DNA of 64,000 nucleotides from Azolla caroliniana (taxonomy: Eukaryota; Plantae; Polypodiophyta): positions 10,664,001-10,728,000 of the forward strand of contig JBHGNT010000005.1 of NCBI GenBank assembly GCA_043228905.1, in the 5' to 3' direction. The translations under genes were made by a program, and so were the position numbers. Below are positions 61,883 through 64,000 of the stretch, piece by piece. Position 1 is the first letter of the stretch; every line of letters begins with the position of its first letter. The notes beneath the pieces are model-generated. The model worked only from the letters and a program-made list of their open reading frames with translations, ran no database searches and had not been told where the DNA came from.

Positions 61883-64000
61883 TGTTGTGGCGTCGCTCGC
61901 CTAGAAGCGTAGCGTTGCGTAGACTGAAGACAACGTGAAAGTGAGGAAGGAATCGTTCAGATTTTGGACGAAAGAGACGAAAGAGTGGAAATAGATAAAT
62001 AGTGATCAACAAGATATGACAAGATAGGATGTAAAATGATAATTGAGGGAATGTAAGAAATTTATAATTATTTCATGAAAGAGTTCAAAATGGTTGCGAG
62101 CATCGTTGAACCGTCGAACTTTGTCTCACAAGGTAGTCGCTCTTCTCTTTCTTGATAGTAGACCACAATCTTCCCTTCTATCTTTCGACGACGATAAGAC
62201 TCGAACCTCCGCCTTTTCGTTGCGAGTTGAGCACCGCCGCCTCCAAGCTAGTTCTTCTCTTGTCTTTTGAAGATTGTATATAGATTTTACCTTCTCTCCC
62301 TCTTTCTCTATTATGATATCTCTTACAATATAATTTCGCTCAATTCCATACAATAATTCTATTCAATATGATTGTTTGATTCCTTGATGTCCTTGTGACT
62401 ATACTCCCTTCTCCTTTAATAGGAAGGGGATGGTTTTGCATGTGACCCATATGTCACACATGCAAAGAGGGCTCTTGCATGTGTGCTATATGGTGCACAT
62501 GTAGTACATTACATGGTTTAGACTATACAATGCTACTTCAAATAAAACAATACTTTTTTTTTTATACATATGATGAGTTTGGTTAAATGGTAGGTTTTGA
62601 GTGTCATAATGTGGAGGTTGTTGGTTCAAGTTTTCTCTCGCCCATGTAATACAATATATGATGCACATGTAGTACATTATATGGTTTAGGATTTAAACCA
62701 TACAATATTACTTCAAATAAAACAAGACAAATAGTTTTATACAAATTACAATTATAGGGTAAATGGTAAGGTTTCAGAGTCATAAGGTGGGTGTTATTGG
62801 TGCAAGTCCTCTCTTGTCCATGTAATATTTATTTATTTATTGCCTCTACATATAATGTATAATATTATCATAGGGTGTTTTTAATATTACCTTTATAAAA
62901 CATTATGAAGATATATTTTATTTTAGTTACATATTTATCTTTTTGTAGACTTTTAATGTGAAGCTTTCGTACTTCACGACATCCACCGCCTCTAGACCTA
63001 CACATCCTCCGGCATGTGCCACTATCTTCCATCGTCATGTTGATCTATTGGAGGAGGTTCTAGCTCAAACCTTTTCTTAAATACTTTTATCCTCTTTCCA
63101 GCTACCACATTTAGGATTAGTGTCCCATCCAATTCACTAAGTTTATAAGTAAAGTTATCATATACTTTTCTTAGTATGTAAGGCCCAAACCATCTTTCAA
63201 CGAACTTGCGGACAGTGCTATGTTCATTATCTAAATTGCTATCATACACAAGCAGCCAATCCCCTTCTTCTATCTTCTTATGTCGAATTCTGTGAGTTTT
63301 ATCAAAACAAATTTTATTCTTTAGTCGAGCCTCCTTCAATCATTGTGCTGCTAATTCTACATCTTCAGGCTGACGTTGTAATTGTTGAATTCTCAAAGCA
63401 AGCAATTCTTCTCTGCTTAGCTCTTCTCTCCATGGAATAGATGTCCATGACATAATTGATTCTTCTATTGGCATGATGGGCTTTTGGCCAAGTATTAGTT
63501 CAACTGGCATATATCCTCTTACCGAACTATCTGTTGTCCGATCTACCCATATTGCATAAGGTAGCATGCGTGGCCAATCTCTTAATCTACCTTTAAAACT
63601 TTTCATGATCGCCTTAACTATTGGGCTATGTCCTCTTTCCATCTTTCCATTGCCTTTTGGATTATAAGCAATTGTAAGTGATAACTTGACCCCTATCCGA
63701 CTGAAGAATTGTCTAGCTTCATCAAAATCAAGCTCTCCTTTATCTGCAATTACTTTACCAACACACCCATAACGACATATTACATCTTCTAACAAAAATT
63801 TACATACAACTTTATTTGTTTTTGTCGTAGTGGTCTTCCTTCTACTTGGTTTGTAAGGTCTTCTCTTGCTAGTACTAAATATCGCATTTGACCTTCCCCA
63901 AGTGGCATTGTCACTAGGTCGACCATCCATTTATAATGCATTAATGATGAATATGTTGGGTTTAGCTCATCTCGATACCGAATAGTCGAGTACCTCTAGC
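61883..64000 (-). mobile_element. 3' end of Gypsy element J (3' LTR 61883-62981; integrase 63022-63930), inserted in the 5' LTR of H
   Basis: LTR TGTCGTGAAG...CACAACA; purine-rich tract adjacent; integrase CRYG..IADKG..AYNPKGNG.ME..WFGPY. Confidence 0.82.

Overview
This is a gene-free, retrotransposon-saturated plant window. The element lineages suggest a non-seed land plant such as a fern or lycophyte (inference). It consists of three nested stacks. Stack 1: a Sola-like transposase remnant > Copia C > Copia B > Tcn1-like chromovirus A. Stack 2: old Copia F > non-chromoviral Gypsy G2a > Tcn1-like chromovirus D > intact Tnt1-like Copia E. Stack 3: old Gypsy I > Copia H > Gypsy G2b > a Penelope-like element (PLE). 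The most notable signals are: (a) an open PLE reverse transcriptase with no endonuclease, followed by a minimal type-I hammerhead ribozyme, which replaces the PBS and gag start of a very young Gypsy; (b) tRNA-like Pol III A/B-box modules, almost all antisense, in the U3 of five different Gypsy-type LTRs; (c) Tf1-type self-priming and a -1 frameshift pseudoknot in the chromoviruses; (d) a conserved hairpin in place of a polypurine tract in the G2 family, which also carries a large extra ORF. All calls were made by eye without database searches. Boundaries of degenerate elements are approximate.
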